In this document: in pieces, positions 9,935-18,702 of the stretch
How positions within the stretch are numbered: the stretch's first letter is position 1
Layout of the letters: every line of letters starts with the position of its first letter
Source: Leptolyngbyaceae cyanobacterium
Lineage (GTDB): Bacteria; Cyanobacteriota; Cyanobacteriia; Phormidesmidales; Phormidesmidaceae
Length of the DNA: 64,000 bases
NCBI GenBank assembly: GCA_965263355.1
Contig: CBDHHL010000032.1
Location: 2,912,001 to 2,976,000, forward strand
Direction: 5' to 3'
Program-made: the position numbers and the translations under genes
The notes under the pieces: model-generated
The model's database searches: none
What the model was told of the DNA's origin: nothing
The model's input: only the letters and a program-made list of their open reading frames with translations

Positions 9935-10314
9935 GACACCCGCTCAAATCGAAGGTCTTCAAGTTTGCTTCTGTTTTACGGTGTCCATGGTGATTTTGGT
10001 TCCGCTGTTTTGCTGGGTTTTGCCTAACCGTCAGCACGTCCTCTAAAGCCGTCCATGTTTGCCATCCTTAACCTTAGTCCCTCAGGCATCTACCTATGCA
10101 ACTCACTTATCTCAGTACACTTTAAACTCATGCTACATAAGCTTGAGAAATCATCAAAACCGATTTCTAGCTTTGCCTTAGAGGCCTTAACTGCAGAATA
10201 AGGATACTCACAGAGTTCCTGCCAAATTCACTGCACATAACGTTACTTCGCAGGTGTATTACAGCGCATAGGTTCAAGTTTTCAATGTTGAATCCAGTAG
10301 AGTAGACGTCATAT

Positions 10315-10344
10315 AGCCCTTGACTACTGTCAAGGGCTTTTTTT
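10315..10344 (+). terminator. Rho-independent terminator-like hairpin
   Basis: agcccttgac-tact-gtcaagggct followed by a T run on the + strand. Confidence 0.7.
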
Positions 10345-10414
10345 GCTCTGATTGGCGGACACGTTTGTATGGACCCTTTTCTCAATCTGGACTGACTTTA
10401 AACACAATCTGTTT

Positions 10415-12769
10415 TTAGATTTTATCCATGGGTAATAGGGTGCTCATATTGATCTCTTCACGCACCTCACGACTTACGTAGCAGTCTTCCTTAAGGCATT
10501 TAGCTAATAGTTTATTGACGTCATAGTATTCTTTAAGAGCGTTTATTTCAGATTTTGTGAAGTTCCAGTCATGGCCTATATTTCGGGTCTCCAGAATAAT
10601 AGTTCTAAAATGTTCGGTCCATGGCTTTAAATTTTCCATCCACCACCGTTCAGAAATTTCTAGTTCATTCGGTAGTTTTACCTTTAAGTCTGCTAATTGC
10701 TCTTGTAGTTGGGTGTCGATTGAATCATTAATACATCGATCTACAGATGGGATAATACTCTTGTAATTCTTTTCTAGCCTCACTCTTATTTGCTTCTTTT
10801 TTGTCTTTGAGCTTAGATTATTAAATTTAAGAATGCTTTTCTGAATTTCTAAGCAGTAGTTTAAAACTTTGATTAGGTCTGAATCCAATAAAAGATCTTT
10901 GCTAACTTTTCGTTGTTTAGCGATCGCACTTTCCTTGACTATCAAATTAAAATAAAATACTTGCCCGATCGCTTTAAGGTTAGAAATGTCTTGCTTACTC
11001 TTGATTGAGGCTGATTTATCGTTAAGCCAAGCAAGAAAAAGGCTGATATTTTCATTTTTTTCAACGATTTTATCGATCTCATTTTTGATGAGTTTAATTA
11101 AATAGTCGGCTTGTGGTAGCATACATGCAACTAATAGTAAAACCTCTTGCCATCTGTAGTCGTTGATATGAGTGACGAGTAAATTGAGCAGTTTATTTTG
11201 CTCTTTTGGATCTAGCGTCTTAACGATTTTAAGGCTGACAAAATATTCATGAAATGTTCTATGGGAGAATGAATAAATTCCCTTAGCTACCTCAACAATT
11301 AAACCATGCTGAGCGATCATCGACTTTAGTACTGAGTTACAAGCGGTTTCAATGTCGTCTGGTGCGTAGGTAGACTCGGGTAAATTAGAGATATATTCCC
11401 TGATTTCATATTCAACGGTTTCTTTTTTGAATAAGCCTTCATTTTTTTCAAAGGTAGCGTAGGCTATTTTACTGAGTAAATCTTCTTTTTTATGTTTAGA
11501 GAGCTTTCTATAGGTTTCAGGGCGTTCCACAGCTCGGCTAATATCCCACTTCCGCAATAAAACATCCAGACCTTCTTGATAGAGTTCGGCTTGATTTTTA
11601 GGAAACTCTTCCGATTCCTCAAAGACAATACATAATAATGTTAGTAGTAACGGATTAGTGGCAAGTTCACTAATTTCTTGGTCATCCTTAAGTCGGTTGA
11701 TAAACTTTTTAGTTTTTCGAGGAGACTGTTTAGTAGCAAACCAGTTGCTGACAAAGATAGCAATTTGCTCTTTGGTAAAGTCACATACTTCGACTTCTAA
11801 AAAACGTTCAAATCTATATTCACTTGCGGCTAATCTACAGGTGATAATAAATCTGTTGTGACTAAAAAAATGTGATAATTCTTTTATCTGTCTGATAACA
11901 CGATGAAAATTTTCTTTTCTAACTTCATCTAAGCCATCAAAAAGAAATATGACCCTGGCTTCTTTCAACAGCCTTGCCAAGATTTCTGGATTAACTTTGT
12001 AATGACTTAACTCATTTTCGATATGCGTTTTTAGGTCAACGTCATGGGCTTGATCTTGAAAATCCTTAAGGGATACAAAAATAGGGACATGACCCGGTAG
12101 AAGTTCTGATCGATTTGTAAACGTTGCAATATATTTAAGGAAGGTAGTTTTTCCGGCTCCTGGTTTCCCTAAAATCATCAGTTTTGAGCAATTTTGTAGC
12201 AGCTCAATGCCTGATATTTTTGTTCCCTCAAATAGTCTGGATATATTAAATTTTGGATCGTTCTTCTTGGTACGCTGTTTGATTTTTTCAACTAGATCCG
12301 ATAGCTCTATCCGTCTTTGCGATGGAATCTGGTTAGTAATCTTGACTTCTGTAAAAATATCTTCCACTTCAATGGGCTTGCTCATGTCAAGAATTTGTAT
12401 CTTGCCGCATCTTGCATCAATGAGTTCTTGAGTATCCTGTTGAACTGTTTTGACTAAATCATCAATTGCTGTGTCGATAAGTTGAGCCGTTTGTATCGTA
12501 TCTGAATGTGCTTTTTGGTACATGTCAAGCACCTCTAAAAAGAGGAGCTTAGCCTTTCCCGGAAAATTCCCAGAAGGCATCTTGAACTTTTTATACACCT
12601 GAGTCATCCGAGAGCTGTATCGGTCTCTGGAGATGTTTAATTCTTTGGCAATGACTAAATCTGTCAGTTTAATCTTGGTGAGACGTGCTATAAATGCCTC
12701 TTTCTCAAATGAGTTTAGGCCTTTTTGATCGGCTACCATCTCAAGATATTTTTCAGGGATAGAAGGCAT
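10415..12769 (-). CDS. NACHT-family STAND NTPase with N-terminal HTH and C-terminal helical (NCH2-like) domain
   Basis: Walker A GKPGAGKTT, Walker B FLFDGLDEV, IITCR, NPLLL, FSHRTFHEYF; C-terminus WW..W..RNIGHDWNF..YY..N.LL..CL..CYVS..VR..LLP; AT-rich. Confidence 0.9.
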   Translation of the reverse strand: MPSIPEKYLEMVADQKGLNSFEKEAFIARLTKIKLTDLVIAKELNISRDRYSSRMTQVYKKFKMPSGNFPGKAKLLFLEVLDMYQKAHSDTIQTAQLIDTAIDDLVKTVQQDTQELIDARCGKIQILDMSKPIEVEDIFTEVKITNQIPSQRRIELSDLVEKIKQRTKKNDPKFNISRLFEGTKISGIELLQNCSKLMILGKPGAGKTTFLKYIATFTNRSELLPGHVPIFVSLKDFQDQAHDVDLKTHIENELSHYKVNPEILARLLKEARVIFLFDGLDEVRKENFHRVIRQIKELSHFFSHNRFIITCRLAASEYRFERFLEVEVCDFTKEQIAIFVSNWFATKQSPRKTKKFINRLKDDQEISELATNPLLLTLLCIVFEESEEFPKNQAELYQEGLDVLLRKWDISRAVERPETYRKLSKHKKEDLLSKIAYATFEKNEGLFKKETVEYEIREYISNLPESTYAPDDIETACNSVLKSMIAQHGLIVEVAKGIYSFSHRTFHEYFVSLKIVKTLDPKEQNKLLNLLVTHINDYRWQEVLLLVACMLPQADYLIKLIKNEIDKIVEKNENISLFLAWLNDKSASIKSKQDISNLKAIGQVFYFNLIVKESAIAKQRKVSKDLLLDSDLIKVLNYCLEIQKSILKFNNLSSKTKKKQIRVRLEKNYKSIIPSVDRCINDSIDTQLQEQLADLKVKLPNELEISERWWMENLKPWTEHFRTIILETRNIGHDWNFTKSEINALKEYYDVNKLLAKCLKEDCYVSREVREEINMSTLLPMDKI

Positions 12770-13011
12770 ATTCAGGAACTTAGAAGACTTCCATCTGTTA
12801 TAACATCATATTTCGTTGATATAACATTATGTATAGTCGAGTGATATGACTCTTATAGAAATAGACCGAACAGTGTTGAAAATAAAATGCTGTTGCTAGA
12901 ATTGACATGGGCTGGAATGCATGATCCTCTGATAGCGTTCATTCCGTTTCTAGGATGTCAATCTGTGTAAATGACTTTTGAGTTATTGATTTCAGACGTT
13001 TCCGGAAAAGA

Positions 13012-13060
13012 TCAGCGAAGTCAACAGGTATGTCAATGAAGTCAACAGATATGTCAGCGA
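13012..13060. promoter_or_regulatory. Phased direct repeats (putative operator)
   Basis: GAAGTCAACAG(G/A)TATGTCA at 13017 and 13038 (21-bp period). Confidence 0.55.
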
Positions 13061-13235
13061 CAAATATGCGATTCTTGATATCAATGAGTTCCTGATGTCG
13101 TTGCAATAGTTGAGAGTAAGATCAACGCATATGTTTATGTAAGTTGATTGTTGACATTGTTTAAATCCTGTAGAGATTTTTTGTTGGCTAGAAGAGTTGT
13201 TCGCTGCATTTATTAGTCTAGACTGGTTTAGAGGT

Positions 13236-13568
13236 ATGACTCATTTAATAGAACAGGATTGGTGTGATGATGCGATTCATACACACCGAGAGTTTCTGGC
13301 GTTAGCGATGCATGGAACGTTCAACACAAAGGATGACTTGCATGAATGTCACAAGCCCTGTTTTTTGCCTGCTGATGTTTGTTTGGGAGGGATTGGCATG
13401 GTTTACACCGAAATTACTGCCTTTAAGAAAGGGGTGGTTAGATTAGATGATCATTGGTGGTGGTTTGCTCTCTCTAATGGTGGTATGACTATTTCTCCAG
13501 GGCAACAAATCCATGTTACAGGCCTACAAGGCTACACGTTATTGGTTGAAAGCATTCTGTGTAAGTAG
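13236..13568 (+). CDS. Stand-alone NfeD-like C-terminal OB-fold protein
   Basis: G.V...I...KKGVVRLDDHWWWFA.....ISPGQQIHVTGLQGYTLLVE; GAGGT directly before ATG 13236. Confidence 0.7.
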   Translation: MTHLIEQDWCDDAIHTHREFLALAMHGTFNTKDDLHECHKPCFLPADVCLGGIGMVYTEITAFKKGVVRLDDHWWWFALSNGGMTISPGQQIHVTGLQGYTLLVESILCK

Positions 13569-13612
13569 ACGATTGTGTCGTGTGAATCTTGTTGTGTACA
13601 GGGTGTAGGATA

Positions 13613-13825
13613 ATGGGAGAAAAGAGTTCAAGGATTGGATATACGTTGTATCACTGTCCAAAGTGTTTGAAGCCGTCTTTACTGGAGGTGGATTTCAGTC
13701 TTTATCGGTGTATTGCATGCAGTTCTTTAAAGACTGAATCTAGCCATCAACAAGATAGTGATGATAATCCTCCTTTTTGGTCAATGTTGTTAACGATGTT
13801 CTTTCTGTTAATTATCTTGTTGTAA
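13613..13825 (+). CDS. Small Zn-ribbon protein with a C-terminal transmembrane anchor
   Basis: CPKC...CIAC, then hydrophobic FWSMLLTMFFLLIILL; AGGA before ATG. Confidence 0.6.
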   Translation: MGEKSSRIGYTLYHCPKCLKPSLLEVDFSLYRCIACSSLKTESSHQQDSDDNPPFWSMLLTMFFLLIILL

Positions 13826-14150
13826 GGGCTTCAATGCCCTCTTTGTGATTGTGGTGTGTGTTCTTAAGGAAGACTGCTTGGTTGGCGTGCTTAGTATTTT
13901 GTCAGGTCTAAGATGTTGGGTAAAAGAACGATAGACTAAACTGTGGAATAGATCTGTTATGAACTATTCCGCCTTATTCTTAGACTTGGCATTGTACTAG
14001 GCTAGAGTTTTGATCTGTTATCCAATTGGGTGTGTACCTAAAAATCTAGCCCTGTTTCCATGGCTAGGGTGTAAAAAAAATTAGTGACTCTTGTGTCGTT
14101 GTTAACTATCCGCGATAGAGTCGAAAGACACTTCTCGTCTAACGACTACG

Positions 14151-15224
14151 ATGACCACCCCTGCTAACAATTCACCGACTGTGGATACTGAGGCCTTAAT
14201 CCTGCAATTGCGGCGTAAGCAAGGCAACTGGGTTGCTTGGGCAACTGCCTGTCAAACCCTGCAAAAGTCTGGCATGTCACCCCAAGTAATTTTTGAAGGG
14301 ACTGGCTTTGAGCCAATTCAGCAGAATCAGATTGTTGTGGCGGGGCAGGTCTATCAGTCGATTGTAGACGGAGCTGTCTCAGAATCTGCGTTGGAGCACT
14401 TTACAGCTCGTGGTAGTGACTCCTTGTATGAGCTGCGGATTCTGTCCAAGGAAGATCGGGCAAAAGCCGTACAGTTTATCTACGACCAGGGTTTAGATTC
14501 AGAGCAAGTGCGCGATGTGGCCAAAGCTCTGAAGGAATTTTCATACCGTAGTGATCTGCCCACTGGTTTTACCGATCATCCTGGAGATGCAGTTGCGTTT
14601 TCCTATTGGACCTTTGCCCGCCAGACGTCTGATTTGCAAGCAAGATCACGGCTGATTGCTCAAGGTTTACGGTTTGCCCATAGTGCTGGAGCCCGTGAGG
14701 CCATTGAAAAGTTGCTCACTGACTTTGCTGTTATCAAAGCTAAGTCGGCCCCACGGTTACCCCTATTTCGCTTTGAGACTGATACCGATGTGCCCTATGT
14801 GGTGCCGATGGTGGGCCAATGGCCGATCTCAACAGCTGATTTCCAGGCGGTGCCTAAAATGGAGCCAGACGGGGCGTTTGGCGTTGTGCAATCTACTGGT
14901 GGCCATGCCTGGGTGCCGATGCCGGGATGGCAGGTGGTGCTGACGGCGCAGGATGCGATCGCATTCCTCATGCCATTTAATGCCTTGCCTAGCCAAACCG
15001 ATAGCACTGTGTCTGAGATCGTCTTGGTGTTGGTCGATCGACAGCAGCACACCTGGACTGATGACAGTTACTTCATTATTAATGACGATAGCGGTCAGCT
15101 CGCTATACGCTGGTTTGACAAAGAGCCTGGTATATCCCTGTTAGGTCGAGTAATTGTGATTGTGCGTCCTAAGAAAGTGTTGGATGAAGCCTACACTCAG
15201 GAACTCTGGCAGATTGACGAATAG
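14151..15224 (+). CDS. raf1: RuBisCO accumulation factor 1
   Basis: LRRKQGNWVAW, IFEGTGFEPIQQNQ, GFTDHPGDAVA, APRLP, RPKKVLDE...WQIDE. Confidence 0.93.
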   Translation: MTTPANNSPTVDTEALILQLRRKQGNWVAWATACQTLQKSGMSPQVIFEGTGFEPIQQNQIVVAGQVYQSIVDGAVSESALEHFTARGSDSLYELRILSKEDRAKAVQFIYDQGLDSEQVRDVAKALKEFSYRSDLPTGFTDHPGDAVAFSYWTFARQTSDLQARSRLIAQGLRFAHSAGAREAIEKLLTDFAVIKAKSAPRLPLFRFETDTDVPYVVPMVGQWPISTADFQAVPKMEPDGAFGVVQSTGGHAWVPMPGWQVVLTAQDAIAFLMPFNALPSQTDSTVSEIVLVLVDRQQHTWTDDSYFIINDDSGQLAIRWFDKEPGISLLGRVIVIVRPKKVLDEAYTQELWQIDE

Positions 15225-15256
15225 ACCTATAAAACACCCACAGGTAGGAAAAAACG

Positions 15257-15487
15257 ATGGCCTTAGAACGTCGACTATCGCGAGCAATGTTTGAAGCCAC
15301 TGAACTGGTAGAACTGCGTCAAATTTGCTTTACCCCAGGTCGTGTATTTGAACCCGGCAAGTACATTACCGGCGATTTACCCGATGTGGCATTTACCATG
15401 GGGCTGGTAGAAAAACTCCCACCCGTTCGCGGTAAGAGTGAAGCAATCGCTGATGCAGAAGACGGTGCTGAGAACACCGAAGCATAG
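15257..15487 (+). CDS. Small hypothetical protein downstream of raf1
   Basis: 76 aa, AGGA upstream, host-like composition. Confidence 0.65.
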   Translation: MALERRLSRAMFEATELVELRQICFTPGRVFEPGKYITGDLPDVAFTMGLVEKLPPVRGKSEAIADAEDGAENTEA

Positions 15488-15534
15488 CGGTTGCTGGCCA
15501 AATACGAATTCACTAACCCTGATTCAAAGTAAAC

Positions 15535-15604
15535 CTTGTCCACGTCCAGAACTGGAGTTTTTTCGTAGAATAACCTGCAGGTTTCAACTTGGACGTGGTT
15601 TAGA
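15535..15604 (+). mobile_element. ~70-bp dispersed repeat (MITE-like), copy A
   Basis: Subterminal inverted repeat CCACGTCCA/TGGACGTGG; similar to 16921, 60194, 61434. Confidence 0.65.
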
Positions 15605-15651
15605 TAATTTTGTAGGGGCTGTACCTTGTGCTAGCCCAAGGAGCTATATCT

Positions 15652-16245
15652 ATCTATACTCGTCCGTTAGCGAAATTAATTGAGGAGTTTCAGAGATTGC
15701 CCGGTGTGGGTCCAAAAACTGCCCAGCGACTGGCATTGCACATTTTAAAGCGACCTGAAACTGAAGTGCGGGCATTGGCCCAGGCACTTGTGGATGCCAA
15801 GCAACAAGTGGGGCAATGCTCAATTTGCTTTCACCTGTCGGCAGACCCTGTTTGTGATATCTGTCGCTCCAAACGTCGGGATAATCAAACCCTCTGTGTA
15901 GTGGCAGATTCCCGCGATGTGATTGCGATTGAGCGGACTCGGGAGTTTAAGGGCAAGTACCATGTACTAGGTGGCCTGATTTCCCCCATGGATGGCATTG
16001 GCCCAGAGCAGTTAAATATTGGTCAATTGGTGCATCGGGTCAATAAAGACGACATTACCGAAGTGATTTTGGCCATCAGCCCCAGTATTGAGGGAGATAC
16101 TACGACGCTCTATGTGGGGCAGTTGGTTAAACCCTTTACCAAAGTGACCCGTATTGCCTTTGGTTTACCTATGGGGGGCGATTTGGAGTACGCGGATGAG
16201 GTTACATTGGCTAGAGCGCTGGAAGGACGTCAGGCACTCAGTTAA
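15652..16245 (+). CDS. recR: Recombination mediator RecR
   Basis: [14 protein letters not shown]4 zinc finger, Toprim [21 protein letters not shown]; start uncertain (GTG 15628 or ATC 15652). Confidence 0.95.
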   Translation: MYTRPLAKLIEEFQRLPGVGPKTAQRLALHILKRPETEVRALAQALVDAKQQVGQCSICFHLSADPVCDICRSKRRDNQTLCVVADSRDVIAIERTREFKGKYHVLGGLISPMDGIGPEQLNIGQLVHRVNKDDITEVILAISPSIEGDTTTLYVGQLVKPFTKVTRIAFGLPMGGDLEYADEVTLARALEGRQALS

Positions 16246-16252
16246 AGATGTC

Positions 16253-16273
16253 GTAGGGTGGGCTTTGCCCACC
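16253..16273 (+). repeat. REP-like hairpin GTAGGGTGGGCTTTGCCCACC
   Basis: Between convergent genes; related copy at 55406-55427. Confidence 0.65.
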
Positions 16274-16289
16274 TGACTCAAGGTAATCG

Positions 16290-16844
16290 CTATCGCAGCT
16301 TTTGCTTGATAAAAGCCAAAATCTTGGCAGTCTGATTTTTGAGCGCAGCTACTTCTTTTTTCAGGGTGGCAACCTCCTGTTTCAACGCTGCAATTTCAGC
16401 CGCACTTTCATCATTGGTCGCAGCGTTAGCCGGTGCAGCAGTAGTCTTGCTGGTGGGACGTACCTTACGCGCCTTAACCATTGATGCCTTAATGGCTTCA
16501 ATTAGTTCTTTTTGCTCAAAGGGTTTCTGAATAAACTCAAAATATTCAAAGGGGCCTGGAATTTTTTCTGTCACTTCTTCCCGCCGACCAGACATAAGGA
16601 CGAGGGGAATTTTTTGGAGTTCTGAGGAAGCTTGAATTTCTTGGAAGACTTCCCACCCGCTCATGCGTGGTAGCAAAAAATCCAGCATGATCAGGTTAGG
16701 CTTTTCGTTGCGAATAGCATCCAACCCTTCAACGCCGTCGGTGGCTTCAAGCACCTCAAAGTTACCCTGGGGCAACATTTCCCGTACGCGCATGCGGATG
16801 ACCCGGCTATCATCGATAACTAAAATCTTATGACTGGCTGCCAC
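16290..16844 (-). CDS. Response regulator (receiver domain plus C-terminal coiled coil)
   Basis: ILVIDDS, LIMLDFLLPRMSG, KPF. Confidence 0.9.
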   Translation of the reverse strand: MAASHKILVIDDSRVIRMRVREMLPQGNFEVLEATDGVEGLDAIRNEKPNLIMLDFLLPRMSGWEVFQEIQASSELQKIPLVLMSGRREEVTEKIPGPFEYFEFIQKPFEQKELIEAIKASMVKARKVRPTSKTTAAPANAATNDESAAEIAALKQEVATLKKEVAALKNQTAKILAFIKQKLR

Positions 16845-16920
16845 GACTGACTCCTGATAATAGATAGCTACAGTTAAAAAGAGAGGCTACTGATTTTGCT
16901 CTGGTTCAGTAACGGTATTC

Positions 16921-16985
16921 ACCACATCCAAGGGAAACCCTATAGATTTTTCCACAGAAAAACTCAAGTTCTGGACGTGGACAAG
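16921..16985 (-). mobile_element. ~70-bp dispersed repeat, copy B
   Basis: accacatccaag...aaaaactcaagttctggacgtggacaag matches the reverse complement of copy A. Confidence 0.65.
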
Positions 16986-17159
16986 TTATATAGCAATGTT
17001 GCCCATGTGAGCAATGATGGTAAGTCTGCCCCTGACTAGTTTCTAAGAATCATATAGGATCAAAAAGGCTAAGGAACGCTGCTGTAAAGTCACTACTGTG
17101 GCTATGCTCGCGTCATGCTGAAGGCTATTCAGCCTACTGTAGAACAAACTGATTGTGTC

Positions 17160-18071
17160 ATGGAAAGTTTATCTCAAATACGTTCTAGCGGTGTTGTCAG
17201 GCCTGAAATTGTGCAGCTGCCTGATTGGCTGAGACGCCCCATTGGTCGGGCTAGCGAGCTATCAACAGTACAAAAAATCATTAAGCAGCGTCAGATTCAT
17301 ACGATTTGTGAGGAAGGACGATGTCCCAATCGTAGTGAGTGCTACGCCAATAAAACGGCCTCATTTTTGTTAATGGGTCCCACCTGTACCCGTGCCTGTG
17401 CATTTTGCCAGGTGGATAAGGGGCATGCCCCTATGCCCTTGGACCCTGAAGAGCCTCAAAAGGTGGCTGAATCAGTGAAATTACTGGGCTTAAAGTACGT
17501 GGTGCTGACATCGGTGGCACGGGATGATTTGCCGGATCAGGGGGCAAGTTGGTTTGTGGCGACTATGGCAGCCATTCGTACCATCAGCCCAGATACCCAA
17601 ATTGAGTTGCTTACCCCTGATTTTTGGGGTGGCCCTAAGCCTGAGCACCAGCAAAAGCAACGGCTAAGGACGGTAGTGGCAGCTAAGCCCGCTTGCTTTA
17701 ATCACAATGTGGAGACGGTTGAGCGTTTACAGGACCCAGTGCGTCGTGGTGCTAAGTATCGCCGTTCGTTGGCGGTATTACGCTATGTCAAGGAATTAGA
17801 TGCGTCTATTCCCACGAAGTCTGGGTTGATGCTAGGCCATGGTGAAACTGAAGAGGAGTTGGTCATAGCTATGAAGGATTTACGGGCGGTTGGTTGCGAT
17901 CGCATCACCCTGGGGCAATACATGCGTCCCTCTTTAGCCCATCTCCCTGTTCAACGCTATTGGACTCCCGAAGAATTTGATCATCTGGGGGAGATTGCCC
18001 GCGACCTTGGGTTTTCCCAGGTGCGTTCAGGTCCCCTGGTGCGTAGCTCGTACCATGCAGGCGAGGAATAA
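17160..18071 (+). CDS. lipA: Lipoyl synthase
   Basis: [26 protein letters not shown]. Confidence 0.95.
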   Translation: MESLSQIRSSGVVRPEIVQLPDWLRRPIGRASELSTVQKIIKQRQIHTICEEGRCPNRSECYANKTASFLLMGPTCTRACAFCQVDKGHAPMPLDPEEPQKVAESVKLLGLKYVVLTSVARDDLPDQGASWFVATMAAIRTISPDTQIELLTPDFWGGPKPEHQQKQRLRTVVAAKPACFNHNVETVERLQDPVRRGAKYRRSLAVLRYVKELDASIPTKSGLMLGHGETEEELVIAMKDLRAVGCDRITLGQYMRPSLAHLPVQRYWTPEEFDHLGEIARDLGFSQVRSGPLVRSSYHAGEE

Positions 18072-18102
18072 CCCTGAGGGTGACCACCGGGTACGCCGCC
18101 GC

Positions 18103-18606
18103 CTAGTCAACAACTGTTTGTGCTGCTAATTCCCGCCATTCTTGAACCGCATAGGGGGGCACAATAATTTCGCTAACGGCCTTTCCCTGGAGCGGCACTG
18201 CCAAGGTTAACGGAATTGCTTTTTGTAAGTCAGCAATGACAGCAGCAACATTATATTGATTAGTGTTGCTAGGCAGGGCTGGAGTGGATTGATCCAGCTG
18301 TGGAATTGCTTGCCAGTTGAGCGCTGTGCCTGTGTTGATGGATAAGGGCTTGTGCGGTTCCACCTCGACAACGCCAGGAAAACCCACCAGACGCAAATAT
18401 ATGCCTTCTAAACCATCGGCTTGATAGCGTTTGAATAAAATAGCTTGCCAGGAACGGCCTGTGCGATCGCGTAAGCTTTGTTGCGATCGCACTGTTGTTT
18501 GACCTGGACGTTCATGATAAACGTGCACCGATGCCAATACAGGGGGAGTGGCGAAAACGCAGTGTAGACACAAACAAACAAAAATGCCAATCAGCTGCCG
18601 AACCAT
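18103..18606 (-). CDS. DUF3122 family protein
   Basis: Signal peptide; RSQQSLRD..G.SWQAILFKR; LRLVGFPG. Confidence 0.75.
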   Translation of the reverse strand: MVRQLIGIFVCLCLHCVFATPPVLASVHVYHERPGQTTVRSQQSLRDRTGRSWQAILFKRYQADGLEGIYLRLVGFPGVVEVEPHKPLSINTGTALNWQAIPQLDQSTPALPSNTNQYNVAAVIADLQKAIPLTLAVPLQGKAVSEIIVPPYAVQEWRELAAQTVVD

Positions 18607-18634
18607 GGAATGCCCCCACCTCGAAATTACACCC

Positions 18635-18668
18635 GTTGTCGGGGCGTTGCATGCAATACCCCGACAAC
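18635..18668. repeat. REP-like palindrome
   Basis: gttgtcggggcgttgcatgcaataccccgacaac. Confidence 0.65.
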
Positions 18669-18702
18669 AGGATCTATCTAACCATTCGCATAGACGATTT
18701 AC

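Noticed and set aside
9333..13900. tRNA-Ala as the integration site of the NACHT islet
   Set aside because: The islet lies on the tRNA 5' side; no duplicated 3' end and no integrase seen
15581..15590. GTTTCAAC/GTTGAAAC inside the 70-bp element, like CRISPR repeat termini
   Set aside because: Copies are dispersed, with no repeat-spacer periodicity
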